Of a DNA stretch of 64,000 bases, positions 38,081-47,104 are shown in pieces. A model generated the notes under the pieces. It saw nothing but the letters and a program-made list of their open reading frames with translations. It made no database searches and was not told the DNA's origin. The translations under genes and the position numbers were made by a program. Origin of the DNA: Candidatus Omnitrophota bacterium. GTDB taxonomy: Bacteria; Omnitrophota; Gorgyraeia; S143-82. Location of the stretch: NCBI GenBank assembly GCA_015494465.1, contig WGBD01000002.1:197267-261266 (forward strand), written 5' to 3'. The first letter of the stretch is position 1. The number at the start of each line of letters is the position of its first letter.

Positions 38081-41000
38081 TTCTTCAACTCCTCCAAAAG
38101 CTCCTTTGCCTGATCCAGTTTCTGCCGGATCTGGGCCTCGTTCTTCTGCCAGTGGGCCTCCTTCGCCCATATGCTATCCGGGTACTTCTCTATAACCGCG
38201 TCGAAGTAGACATTCGCCTTGCCGATGTTCCCCTGCATCTTGTAGCACATCCCTATCTGATACAGGACCCAATCCGGGACATCCTTGCCTTTGTCCTCGT
38301 ACACCTGCTTGATCTTCTTGTACATCTTCAAGGCGCTCTTAAAGGCCCCCATGCGGTAATTGGTGTCTGCCAGCTTCAGCAAGGCATTCATTATAGCATC
38401 GAAGGCCTCGGGATCCTTACCCCCTATTTTTAGAGAAATCCTGCCGCCTACATCCTTCAGATCCGCGTCGTAATAGCGGAGCAGACGGGTCAGATACTTG
38501 GCGTACAACTTGACCGCAGGACCGTAATCGCCCTTTCCCACCAAGGCATCCGCCTCGAGTCTCAACAGCTCCGTGAGGCGCTCCCAGTCCGTGGTCAAGG
38601 CCCGGGCGTTCTTGAAGGCCTCGTAGGCCTCCTCGTACTTCTCCAAGCGCATGTAGATCTTCCCCAAGGACTCCCAGGCCAAGGCCTTTAGGGCCCTGTC
38701 GCCCAGAAAGCGGTTCCTGGCTATGCGTTGGTACTGATCTATCGCCTCTTGGATCTGGCCTGCCTCTTCGTAGGTCCGTCCCAGCATGTACCTGCACTTG
38801 AACCTCCAAGGACTCAAGGGAGAACTGCGGATAGCATCTTTGAAACTCTCTATTGCCTTGGCATAATCTTGGTTATAAAAATAAGCAATGCTGAGACGGT
38901 ACATGATCTTGCCCCTGTCCAGGGCCTTGTACTTCTTGAATTCGGTAAGCACCCCAACGAAGACACCAATCGCCTTCTGATACTCGCCTGACCGCAGTAG
39001 GGCATCTGCCTTGGCGAGGTATATCTTGAGCCTCAATCTCTTCTCGTCTTTGGGGATCTTTCTCAAGAGCTTGTCGTAGACCTTCACCGCGGAGATGTAG
39101 TCCCCTCCCAACTCGTACATTCTCGCAAGGTACCAATAGGCCTTCCTTACCTCGGGGTAGTCGGGATACTTCTCTACCAGCGTCCGCAACCACCTCTGGG
39201 CATCCTTGAACCTGACTTGATGGGCCAAGGTCTGGGACAAGAGGAACAAGGCAGAGGGAAGTTTCTCCCACTTGTAAAACCTCTCCTTTAGATCGTACAA
39301 TAGGCGCTCCGCTCGCTTGAAGTCCCTCTTCTCAAAGGCAAGGAGCCTGGCAGCGTCGTAAAGGGCCTGCGCAGACAACTCGTCGTACTTAAACCTGGTC
39401 GCCAACTCGATGTAGGTATCGATTGCGGAATCGATGTCTCCTTTCAGTTCGTAGGCCTGGCCCTTCCTCAACAACAGCTCTGGCAAGAGGTCCTTGGGCA
39501 GATCCTGCTCAGCCGCGCTGTAGACCGAGATCGCCTTGTCGATCTGCCCCGACTTTATCAAGGCATCCGCATAGCGGAACAGGACCTCGGAAAGGTGGGG
39601 ATCATTCTTATAGTCCTCAATGAACAACGGGGCGGTCTCTATTATCCTATCCCAACGCTTATCCTCGGTATACCACCTAACCAATTCGTAGAGGGCCAAG
39701 GGCCGGTAGGGGCTACTGCCTTGCTCCTTAATCAACCGCCACAACTCCTTTTCAGCGGACTCCTCGTCACCGCTGTGCTTGTAGGACAGGGCCAGATAAT
39801 ACCTGGCCTCGTCTATCATGTTGGAGAACGAGAACCTCTCCAAGAACTCCTTGTAGTGCTGGATCGCGGTAGGATAGTCCCCCATTCTATAAGCACTGTG
39901 GGCGATCCGCAAGAGTGCCTTTTCCTTGTTGAGCATCCTGGGAGAGTGCTCGTAGGCAAATCGATAATACTCCATCGCCTTTGCGTACCTCTCTTCTTCC
40001 GGGAGATCTGCCCGCTTATCGAAAAAGGCATCGCCCAATACTATACTGGCATCGTCCAGGAACTTGCTATCTGGAAAGCGGGTCTTGAGTTCCTGAAATA
40101 GATCCTCCGCGGTGGCGTAGTTCTCCTTCTCCACCATCTTATACATCAGGGCAAACAGGTCCGAATCGCTGTAGCCAGCGAATTGGCGGGACTCGGTGGC
40201 CGTGGGTTCCTTCTTGGAAACGGACAAAAGCCTGACCACCCCGATAGCGATCAACAAGAAGGACAATAAGGATAAGGCAAAGATACCATAGGCCAAGAGC
40301 GGAGGGAACGCAGGCACTGCCTTGCTCTCAGATGGAGATGACTCTTGGGAGGAAACATCCTGCACGGTCTCGACCGGAACTGCGGAATCGGTTATCTCTG
40401 TAGAGGGGACATCCTGAGGGACCTCTATGTCCTTGTTGGTATCTACGACCTCTTCCTTTATCTCTACTTCGTCTATGCTTATCTTCTCTTCCGAGGACTG
40501 CTCTTTTTCAGAGGAAGCCGACGGCGCAGGGCCCTCTCCCAGCAGAAGGGCGCGTTCGTCCCCCACGCCCTCAGGGACCTCTTCGCCACCTGGAATCTCC
40601 TCCTGCGCCGTCTCTTCCTCACCCCCCTTTGTGCTACTGTCAACAGCAGCCTCTTGGTGCGGAGAACCCTGCACCTCTCCGACATCCTCAGCGGTCCCTA
40701 CCTCTTCGACCTCGCTCTTATCACCTCCTTCCTCCTTTGCCTCTTCGGTGCCTTCCGTTTCCTCTCTGCCCTCTCCGGACTCTGGTTTGGCCTCCGCCTC
40801 CCCCTCGGAGGCCTCCCCCTCTGCCTCTGAAGTCTCCTTTTCCTTATCACTCCGGCCCTCGTCTTCTAAGACCTCTTTAGGGCCTTTATCTTCCTGCTCC
40901 CCTTCGTTCTCCCGTTTCTCCTCTTGCCCTTCCTCCTCTTCTGGCGCGGGTTCCTCTCCCACCGTCTCTCCCTGCCCCGCAACCCTATCTTCTCCCTTAT

Positions 41001-41217
41001 CCCCTTTCGCCTCCTCCCTTTCCTCCTCAGGCTGGGCAGACTCCGGACCCCCTGCCTCTATCTCAACCCCCAAAAAGTCCTTTATCCCAGCCACTACTTC
41101 GGGAGTAAGTTCTATCTCGTCGTCGCCGGTCAACTCCTGTCCCACTACCACGCTGATGGCGCAGGAGAGTTCGGTCAGGTCCAGATTGTACTTCTCCGCC
41201 AGTTCCCTTAACTTCAT
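38077..41217 (-). CDS. Large bitopic TPR protein: IF2_N-like head, acidic disordered linker, TM, long TPR array
   Basis: MKLRELAEKYNL.. head; about 250 aa Glu-rich region; TM LLAYGIFALSLLSFLLIAIGVV; repeated A.Y.L/YP.S TPR units. Confidence 0.8.
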   Translation of the reverse strand: MKLRELAEKYNLDLTELSCAISVVVGQELTGDDEIELTPEVVAGIKDFLGVEIEAGGPESAQPEEEREEAKGDKGEDRVAGQGETVGEEPAPEEEEGQEEKRENEGEQEDKGPKEVLEDEGRSDKEKETSEAEGEASEGEAEAKPESGEGREETEGTEEAKEEGGDKSEVEEVGTAEDVGEVQGSPHQEAAVDSSTKGGEEETAQEEIPGGEEVPEGVGDERALLLGEGPAPSASSEKEQSSEEKISIDEVEIKEEVVDTNKDIEVPQDVPSTEITDSAVPVETVQDVSSQESSPSESKAVPAFPPLLAYGIFALSLLSFLLIAIGVVRLLSVSKKEPTATESRQFAGYSDSDLFALMYKMVEKENYATAEDLFQELKTRFPDSKFLDDASIVLGDAFFDKRADLPEEERYAKAMEYYRFAYEHSPRMLNKEKALLRIAHSAYRMGDYPTAIQHYKEFLERFSFSNMIDEARYYLALSYKHSGDEESAEKELWRLIKEQGSSPYRPLALYELVRWYTEDKRWDRIIETAPLFIEDYKNDPHLSEVLFRYADALIKSGQIDKAISVYSAAEQDLPKDLLPELLLRKGQAYELKGDIDSAIDTYIELATRFKYDELSAQALYDAARLLAFEKRDFKRAERLLYDLKERFYKWEKLPSALFLLSQTLAHQVRFKDAQRWLRTLVEKYPDYPEVRKAYWYLARMYELGGDYISAVKVYDKLLRKIPKDEKRLRLKIYLAKADALLRSGEYQKAIGVFVGVLTEFKKYKALDRGKIMYRLSIAYFYNQDYAKAIESFKDAIRSSPLSPWRFKCRYMLGRTYEEAGQIQEAIDQYQRIARNRFLGDRALKALAWESLGKIYMRLEKYEEAYEAFKNARALTTDWERLTELLRLEADALVGKGDYGPAVKLYAKYLTRLLRYYDADLKDVGGRISLKIGGKDPEAFDAIMNALLKLADTNYRMGAFKSALKMYKKIKQVYEDKGKDVPDWVLYQIGMCYKMQGNIGKANVYFDAVIEKYPDSIWAKEAHWQKNEAQIRQKLDQAKELLEELKK

Positions 41218-41546
41218 TGCCCATCGCTCGCTTCACCCTTTTTCCGCTCGCTGTCGAACTCCTGCTCCAAGATGTCCCGTATCTGCAACAGACTGTACCC
41301 TTGTGCCTTCAACTCCTTTATCCGCTTCAGGCGGGGGAAGACATCCTCCCCGTAAAGCCTGTGCCCCGAGGGGGTGCGAGAGTGCTCTTTTATCAACCCT
41401 AACTGAGTGTAGTTGTGGAGGATCTGACGAGAAAGCCCGGTGTAGTACATCACCTCGCCGATCTTGTAGAGCTTGGGAGGGATGAGCACATCGTCCGGAG
41501 ATCCCGGTGGTTGGTTTTGCAAGTTATCTTTTTCGTTATTCAACAT
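41214..41546 (-). CDS. Small MerR-family HTH protein (no effector domain); start uncertain
   Basis: YKIGEV...TGLS...LHNY...GLI....RT.SGHRLY...L..I..LK..GYSL..I. Confidence 0.88.
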   Translation of the reverse strand: MLNNEKDNLQNQPPGSPDDVLIPPKLYKIGEVMYYTGLSRQILHNYTQLGLIKEHSRTPSGHRLYGEDVFPRLKRIKELKAQGYSLLQIRDILEQEFDSERKKGEASDGQ

Positions 41547-41740
41547 AAACTTTGCCTTTGGCAAATTGCTATGTGAATAATGACATGTACATTATACCTC
41601 ATGTCTTTTTTGTATTGTATCAGAAAAATTGTCTAATACCAAAAATTTTTTCTCTTTTACGATATACATTTTATGAATTGTAAAAATAAAGCGCAAAGGC
41701 TAGTGAGGCAACTTAAAAGGCTGGAATTGGCCTGTACTAG

Positions 41741-42421
41741 CTACCTTCTCCTGCGCCGGAAAGAGAAGAGGACGGGAAGGGCGAGCCCCAACAGGGACAG
41801 CGAAGCGGGTTCGGGGACGATCCCTTGCAGGCCCCCTTCACCCTTTTTGGCGAGGATCCAGGCGGAGGTATAGGGGTCGCTCACCGCGTCGTCCGCAATA
41901 TAGCCCTTCTTTCCTCCGTAGGTATACACATTCCCCGACATGGTAGAATAAGAGGTGATCCTGTATATGTACCGCCTAGTACTCGGCCCAGTCCCTGAGG
42001 CCACATCAGCGATCCTGCCTATCCAGTACCTGTAATAGGTCATACCCGAGAGCTTGTCCCTAGTGTAGGGGAATACCGACCAATCCTCGTCTATCACTGG
42101 GACGAGGGTAGCGACCTCATCTTCCCTCGCTAGGCGCCACGATCCGTACCCTGAAAAGTCGTACCCGCTTACCGCCATCTCACTTGCAGGGACTATGGCA
42201 TCCAAGATAGACTGGATGTCAAACAGCGTCTTCTGGGTAAAGAGGCCCAGATTCCGCAACCACACCACCTCGTTGGTGTCGTCGTAGACCACGCTTAGCT
42301 GTCTTCCGTTATAGATAAGGTTGGAGGGCGTTAAGATGGCTATCGAGGCATAACCTGTTAGCACCACCCCACTGAGCAACCAGACTGCCACACCCACGGA
42401 GGAAAGCACCAACCTCTTCAT
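41741..42421 (-). CDS. PEP-CTERM exosortase-sorted surface protein
   Basis: Signal peptide; C-terminal VPEPASLSLLGLALPVLFSFRRRRR. Confidence 0.9.
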   Translation of the reverse strand: MKRLVLSSVGVAVWLLSGVVLTGYASIAILTPSNLIYNGRQLSVVYDDTNEVVWLRNLGLFTQKTLFDIQSILDAIVPASEMAVSGYDFSGYGSWRLAREDEVATLVPVIDEDWSVFPYTRDKLSGMTYYRYWIGRIADVASGTGPSTRRYIYRITSYSTMSGNVYTYGGKKGYIADDAVSDPYTSAWILAKKGEGGLQGIVPEPASLSLLGLALPVLFSFRRRRR

Positions 42422-42493
42422 GGCCTACCTCCTTGTGAAAAATTTCACTATCACTTGTACCAAAGACCCTGATTCTCATGCGGTCTTTAAATG

Positions 42494-42553
42494 ATTCTAA
42501 AGCAAAACCACTCCACTTTCAAGTGTTTTTACATGTTTAACATAACATTAACA
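42494..42553 (-). promoter_or_regulatory. Sigma70 promoter of the PEP-CTERM gene with upstream 11-bp-period direct repeat
   Basis: TTGAAA(42522-42517)-17-TAGAAT(42499-42494); TTAACA-N5-TTAACA at 42537-42553. Confidence 0.55.
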
Positions 42554-42660
42554 TAACCATGAGAGAAACAAGGGGTATCAATCCTGCCCGATGCGAATCC
42601 TTTCCGTTGCGTTCCCAGCGAATACCCGATATACTATCTTCAACGCGCGAGGAGGTCCCG

Positions 42661-43749
42661 ATGGCACTCCCTGCTCTACGCATCAAGGACTTTACTTTGA
42701 AGATCCCCATCATCCAAGGAGGGATGGGGGCTGGTATCTCCATGGCCCCCTTGGCCAAGGCGGTGGCACGGGAAGGGGGTATGGGGGTCATCTCCAGCGT
42801 GGCCCTTGACCAACTTACTAGTGCTCGGGTAGGTAAGAAGCTGAACATATACGAGGCGGTCATCCGGGAGATCCGAGACGCCAAAGAAGACGGGGGCGTG
42901 ATCGGGATCAACATTATGGTGGCCTTGTTCCGGGACTACATCCCTTCGGTGCAAGGGGCCCTGGACGCAGAGGTGGACGCAATAATATCCGGGGCGGGCC
43001 TGCCCCTGCAACTACCAGAGATCGCCAGAAAACACCGCAAGGACTTCCGCACCGCCCTAATCCCTATCGTCTCTTCGGACAGGGCCTTGGAGATAGTGTG
43101 TAAGCGTTGGAAGCGCTTCGGATACCTGCCTGACGCGGTGATCTTGGAAGGGCCCAAGGCAGGTGGGCACCTAGGCTGGAGGAAAGTTCAGGACATACAA
43201 AAGGAAGAAAATTCCCTCGAGAACCTCCTACCCCCCGTACTCAAGGTGGCGAAGAGGTACGGCAGGATTCCAGTGATAGTAGCGGGTGGTATCTACTCCC
43301 ACGAGGACATCGTACGCTTTCTCGAGATGGGTGCCAGCGGAGTACAGATAGGCACTCGGTTCCTCGCCACCTACGAGAGCGGTGCAAGCGAGGAATTTAA
43401 GCGAATGGTGGTCTCCGCCACAAAAGAGGACATAATCGTTGCGGAACGCCCGGGATCGCCTTGCGGTATGTTGTTCCGACTCCTCAAATATTCTCCCATG
43501 TACCAAGAAACCTTAAGGCAGGCCCGCCCACCAAAGTGCGATCAGGGCTATGTACTGTACAACAACTATTGTCCTGCCATGGACGACAACAAAGACTTCT
43601 TCTGCATATGCAACGGACTTCTGGGGGCGACGATATACGCTAACACCAGGGAGAAACCGCTCTTTACCGTGGGAGAAAATGCCTGGAGAATCGACAAGAT
43701 AATGTCAGTGAAAGAGCTGATCCATGATCTGGTTAATCCTGAAAAATAG
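42661..43749 (+). CDS. Nitronate monooxygenase/FabK/FabX-like FMN oxidoreductase
   Basis: PIIQGGMG, SGAGLP, EGPKAGGHLG, AGGI, GTRF, Cys-rich C-terminus; SD GGAGG before ATG 42661. Confidence 0.88.
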   Translation: MALPALRIKDFTLKIPIIQGGMGAGISMAPLAKAVAREGGMGVISSVALDQLTSARVGKKLNIYEAVIREIRDAKEDGGVIGINIMVALFRDYIPSVQGALDAEVDAIISGAGLPLQLPEIARKHRKDFRTALIPIVSSDRALEIVCKRWKRFGYLPDAVILEGPKAGGHLGWRKVQDIQKEENSLENLLPPVLKVAKRYGRIPVIVAGGIYSHEDIVRFLEMGASGVQIGTRFLATYESGASEEFKRMVVSATKEDIIVAERPGSPCGMLFRLLKYSPMYQETLRQARPPKCDQGYVLYNNYCPAMDDNKDFFCICNGLLGATIYANTREKPLFTVGENAWRIDKIMSVKELIHDLVNPEK

Positions 43750-44572
43750 CATCTCTTATTCCCTATTCTTCGGATTCCTTGCCTACTTCGCTATCCTCTT
43801 GTACCTCTACTTCAACCAAGATCGACTCATATTCCTCCCCACACCCGGTACCCCGATCATCACCCCCGCGAACTACGGTATAGATTACGAATCCCACATC
43901 CTACCCATCAACGACAAAGAAAGCGTCCACCTCTGGTTCATCCCCGGCAAGGAAGAACAGAGCCCCGTTCTCCTGTTCTGCCACGGGAATTCAGGCAACC
44001 TCGGTTCTCGGTTAGAGATACTAAGGGTCCTCTATCAACTTGGGATCCCTATAGCCATCTTTGACTACCGCGGATACGGGGAGAGTCGGGGGCGTCCTTC
44101 GGAAAAACACCTCTACGAAGACGGGGAACGGGTGCTAAGGTTCCTGAAGACCGAAAAGGGATACCCCCTCAAGGAGACCATCGTCATGGGAAGATCCTTG
44201 GGAGGGGCGGTGGCCTGTGAACTCGCCTACCGCCACCCCGATCTCTCAGGCCTTATACTGGACTCCGCCTTTACCTCTCTGGCAGAGATAGCCCAGATAC
44301 GCTATCCCTATGTCCCGGTATCGCTCTTATTAAAGTACCGCTTCGACAATCTATCCAAGGTCCAAGCAATCTCCATTCCAAAGCTGATAATCCACTCTCT
44401 TCAGGACGAGGTGATCCCCTTCTCCCTGGGACAGAGGCTATTCCAACGAGCCCGGCCTCCTAAGAGGTTCCTCTCCCTGCCCGCAGGTGGGCACAACGAT
44501 GCCTTCCTAGAATCCCAGGAAAGGTACCTTCAGGGGCTGAAAGAATTCCTGAGCGAAATAAGATCCCACTAA
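43724..44572 (+). CDS. Alpha/beta hydrolase (ABHD13/Bem46-like), membrane anchored
   Basis: HGN.G, DYRGYG.S.G, GRSLGG, DEVIP, GGHND. Confidence 0.9.
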   Translation: MIWLILKNSISYSLFFGFLAYFAILLYLYFNQDRLIFLPTPGTPIITPANYGIDYESHILPINDKESVHLWFIPGKEEQSPVLLFCHGNSGNLGSRLEILRVLYQLGIPIAIFDYRGYGESRGRPSEKHLYEDGERVLRFLKTEKGYPLKETIVMGRSLGGAVACELAYRHPDLSGLILDSAFTSLAEIAQIRYPYVPVSLLLKYRFDNLSKVQAISIPKLIIHSLQDEVIPFSLGQRLFQRARPPKRFLSLPAGGHNDAFLESQERYLQGLKEFLSEIRSH

Positions 44573-45159
44573 TCCCGAAAGGGGCGGAAAAAGGGATGCG
44601 TAGCTAAGGCGAGCATCTCCCTGTCACCCCTGGAATCCCCGTAGGCGTAGATCTCGTCGTATTGGGATAGATCGAAGACCTCCCGAATCCTCCTCGTCTT
44701 CTCTGCCCCGTAACAATTCTTGCCCAAGATCTTCCCGGTAACTATCCCGTCCCTTTCCTCTAACTCCACCCCGATCACCCTTCGTATCCCTACCCCCTTG
44801 GCCCAGGGCCGGAGATAAACCTCCAAAGAGGCAGAAACGATCGCCACCTCGTCCCCTCTAGACTGATGCCAGGTTATTCTATCTAACGCCTTTGGTCTTA
44901 CCAAGGCAGGCAACCGCTCCTTCGCGAACCTCTGCCCCAAATCCGCCACCTCCTTTAGGGTCCTGCCAGAGAGGGTAGCGGTAAGTACCCTTTCCTTTAC
45001 GCTTTGATTATCAACCAACCCCAAGAAGTATCCGAGGAGATAAGGCCACTGACCCAATAAGCGAGGATAGAAATCCCACCCCAATGCATAGCGCAAGAAC
45101 TCAGAGATACTCTCTCGATAGGTAATAGTACCGTCGAAGTCAAAGAGGGCTAGATTCAT
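44569..45159 (-). CDS. HAD-IB family phosphatase
   Basis: FDFDGT, VSAS, NCYG.EK, AYGDS.GD. Confidence 0.9.
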   Translation of the reverse strand: MNLALFDFDGTITYRESISEFLRYALGWDFYPRLLGQWPYLLGYFLGLVDNQSVKERVLTATLSGRTLKEVADLGQRFAKERLPALVRPKALDRITWHQSRGDEVAIVSASLEVYLRPWAKGVGIRRVIGVELEERDGIVTGKILGKNCYGAEKTRRIREVFDLSQYDEIYAYGDSRGDREMLALATHPFFRPFRD

Positions 45160-45394
45160 CCGGTCCGGCTCTCTTGTTTAGGAGCTCACTGATCTCCTCT
45201 AAGGAGAGCTCGCTCTCTGCAGATACGAGGTTCTCGTTCCTTATCTGCTCGAATATCTCTTTTCTATAGACCGGGATCGAGGCGGGAGCCTTTATGCCCA
45301 ACTTCACCACCTCTCCCCTTACATCGAGAACGACGACCTCCACATCGCTCCCGATCATTAGGCTCTCCTGTTTCTTCCTGGTCAATACCAGCAT
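45140..45394 (-). CDS. csrA: Carbon storage regulator CsrA
   Basis: MLVLTRK..ES..IG, VKLGI.AP..IPVYR.EI. Confidence 0.95.
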   Translation of the reverse strand: MLVLTRKKQESLMIGSDVEVVVLDVRGEVVKLGIKAPASIPVYRKEIFEQIRNENLVSAESELSLEEISELLNKRAGPDESSPL

Positions 45395-45847
45395 CTATCC
45401 TACAGCCTCTTCTTCCCGCTGGGTCTCTACTCTAAGGACCTCAAACTGGAGAGGATACTCTTCAGGATCGAGAACTACTTGCTTGGCCTTTTTGTTAATC
45501 CTATTCACCAGTATAGGGCCTTGCAGGTTAAGCGTCACCCGCAAGGGATTCTTCCTAATAGAGACCAACACCCATATCTCTCCGTTTGACAGCTCGGTAA
45601 GCCCGATGTCCTCCAGCTGACTCCTATGGAGTCGGATCTTGTAATCGGGAACGAACACCAAGGGATTCGTGATTACGAAGGCCAAGGCGGGATTCTCTAC
45701 CGACTGCATCCAATAAAAAGGGCCGTTGTCCTCTCGCAATATCACATACCTGCGCTCAGAGGGAAAACCCAGTATTCCCTGGGGGAAATCTATTATCTCA
45801 TCCTTGGATATCCTTATCTCCCCAAACCTCGTGGTGTGGATCTTCAT
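45395..45847 (-). CDS. fliW: Flagellar assembly factor FliW
   Basis: TTRFG, FP.GILGF, WMQS, NP..F.PDY, NLQGPI.VN. Confidence 0.93.
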   Translation of the reverse strand: MKIHTTRFGEIRISKDEIIDFPQGILGFPSERRYVILREDNGPFYWMQSVENPALAFVITNPLVFVPDYKIRLHRSQLEDIGLTELSNGEIWVLVSIRKNPLRVTLNLQGPILVNRINKKAKQVVLDPEEYPLQFEVLRVETQREEEAVG

Positions 45848-45877
45848 AGCCTAATCCTTTCCTCAAATATTCTACCC

Positions 45878-47104
45878 TTACTTCAGAAAATCTAAAAGGG
45901 ATGGTTGAATGACGGTAGTTAAGGACTTTAAGAGAGATTGGTATATGTTTTGCTCCTTCGTCAGCTTCACCGTCACATCTGCCATGTCCGCATCTTCCAC
46001 TTCGGAAAGGAGATTAGTTATGTTCACCAACTCACTGTCCAATTTGGATCGCGTCATCTCCAGTCTTTGGGCACGAGTCCCCACCTCAACCCAGGCCTGC
46101 AAGGCCTTGTCTATGACGGAGTCTATCTCTCCTGCCACCTGAAGGATCTTATTTGCGTCGTTTCCCTCCAACCCCTCTTTTAACCTCAACAACACCCCAA
46201 ATATGTCGTCGGATTCATCTAAGCCCACTATGCCCAGATCCTGGGCGGTCTGGGTACTCTCTACCGACAAGGTCGTTCCACTCACGGTGGAGCGAAGATT
46301 TATACCCGTACCCGCCTCGTTTATCTCCGCAACCACATTTATACCCGCAGAGTTTATTGCATTGAGGACATCGCCTACCGTGTCGGTAGGATTTACCGAT
46401 ATAGTAGCGGTTTGATTGCCATTGTGTATAATTACCGTCCCAGCGTGGACTCCGCTACCTGAATTGAAGGTAGACAACAGAGTAGTTTCGGTGATAGGGG
46501 TTACGGTTGCATTCACATTGGCTCCCCTTATCATCGTCTGGGGATCGGCAAAGATGTTCCTCCCAATCTGATTCAACTGCATCTGGATCCCCTTGCTGAT
46601 CTCCACATACATCGCACCTTCGTCGCCGTTGTACCTGACGACCTCCTTGCCCCCCACGATTTCCCGAGTAAAAGGCTGGGTCCGAGTACGATATCCGCCG
46701 AATATGTACCTATTGCCATGCTTGGTATTGGCCAACTGCACTATCTGGCCTATTATGCTGTCGACCTGCAGGGCTGCACTCCTGCGGGTCTGTTCGTCTG
46801 CGGAATCGCTCCCCTGCTCAAGGGCTATGGCCTTGGCGTTGTTCAACAACTGGGTAACATTAGAGAGGGCGGTATCCGCAACCGACATCCAGGACTGGGC
46901 GTATCCAATGTTGCTTTGATACTGGGCTATGTCGTCGAGCTCTTTTCGATATAAGAGATCCTGGGTCACATCTGCAGGGGCGTCTGAAGGACGATTGATC
47001 CGCTTACCCGTAGCGATCTGCTCCTGCAGGCGTATAAACCGATCAAAGGCCAAGGTGAGATTGCGGTAGGCCTTCTCGTATATCATGTTAGTGGATATCC
47101 TCAT
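45878..47104 (-). CDS. flgL: Hook-associated protein FlgL
   Basis: MRIST, TGKRINRPSD.P, YIFGG.RT...PF, SLLDFL. Confidence 0.93.
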   Translation of the reverse strand: MRISTNMIYEKAYRNLTLAFDRFIRLQEQIATGKRINRPSDAPADVTQDLLYRKELDDIAQYQSNIGYAQSWMSVADTALSNVTQLLNNAKAIALEQGSDSADEQTRRSAALQVDSIIGQIVQLANTKHGNRYIFGGYRTRTQPFTREIVGGKEVVRYNGDEGAMYVEISKGIQMQLNQIGRNIFADPQTMIRGANVNATVTPITETTLLSTFNSGSGVHAGTVIIHNGNQTATISVNPTDTVGDVLNAINSAGINVVAEINEAGTGINLRSTVSGTTLSVESTQTAQDLGIVGLDESDDIFGVLLRLKEGLEGNDANKILQVAGEIDSVIDKALQAWVEVGTRAQRLEMTRSKLDSELVNITNLLSEVEDADMADVTVKLTKEQNIYQSLLKSLTTVIQPSLLDFLK

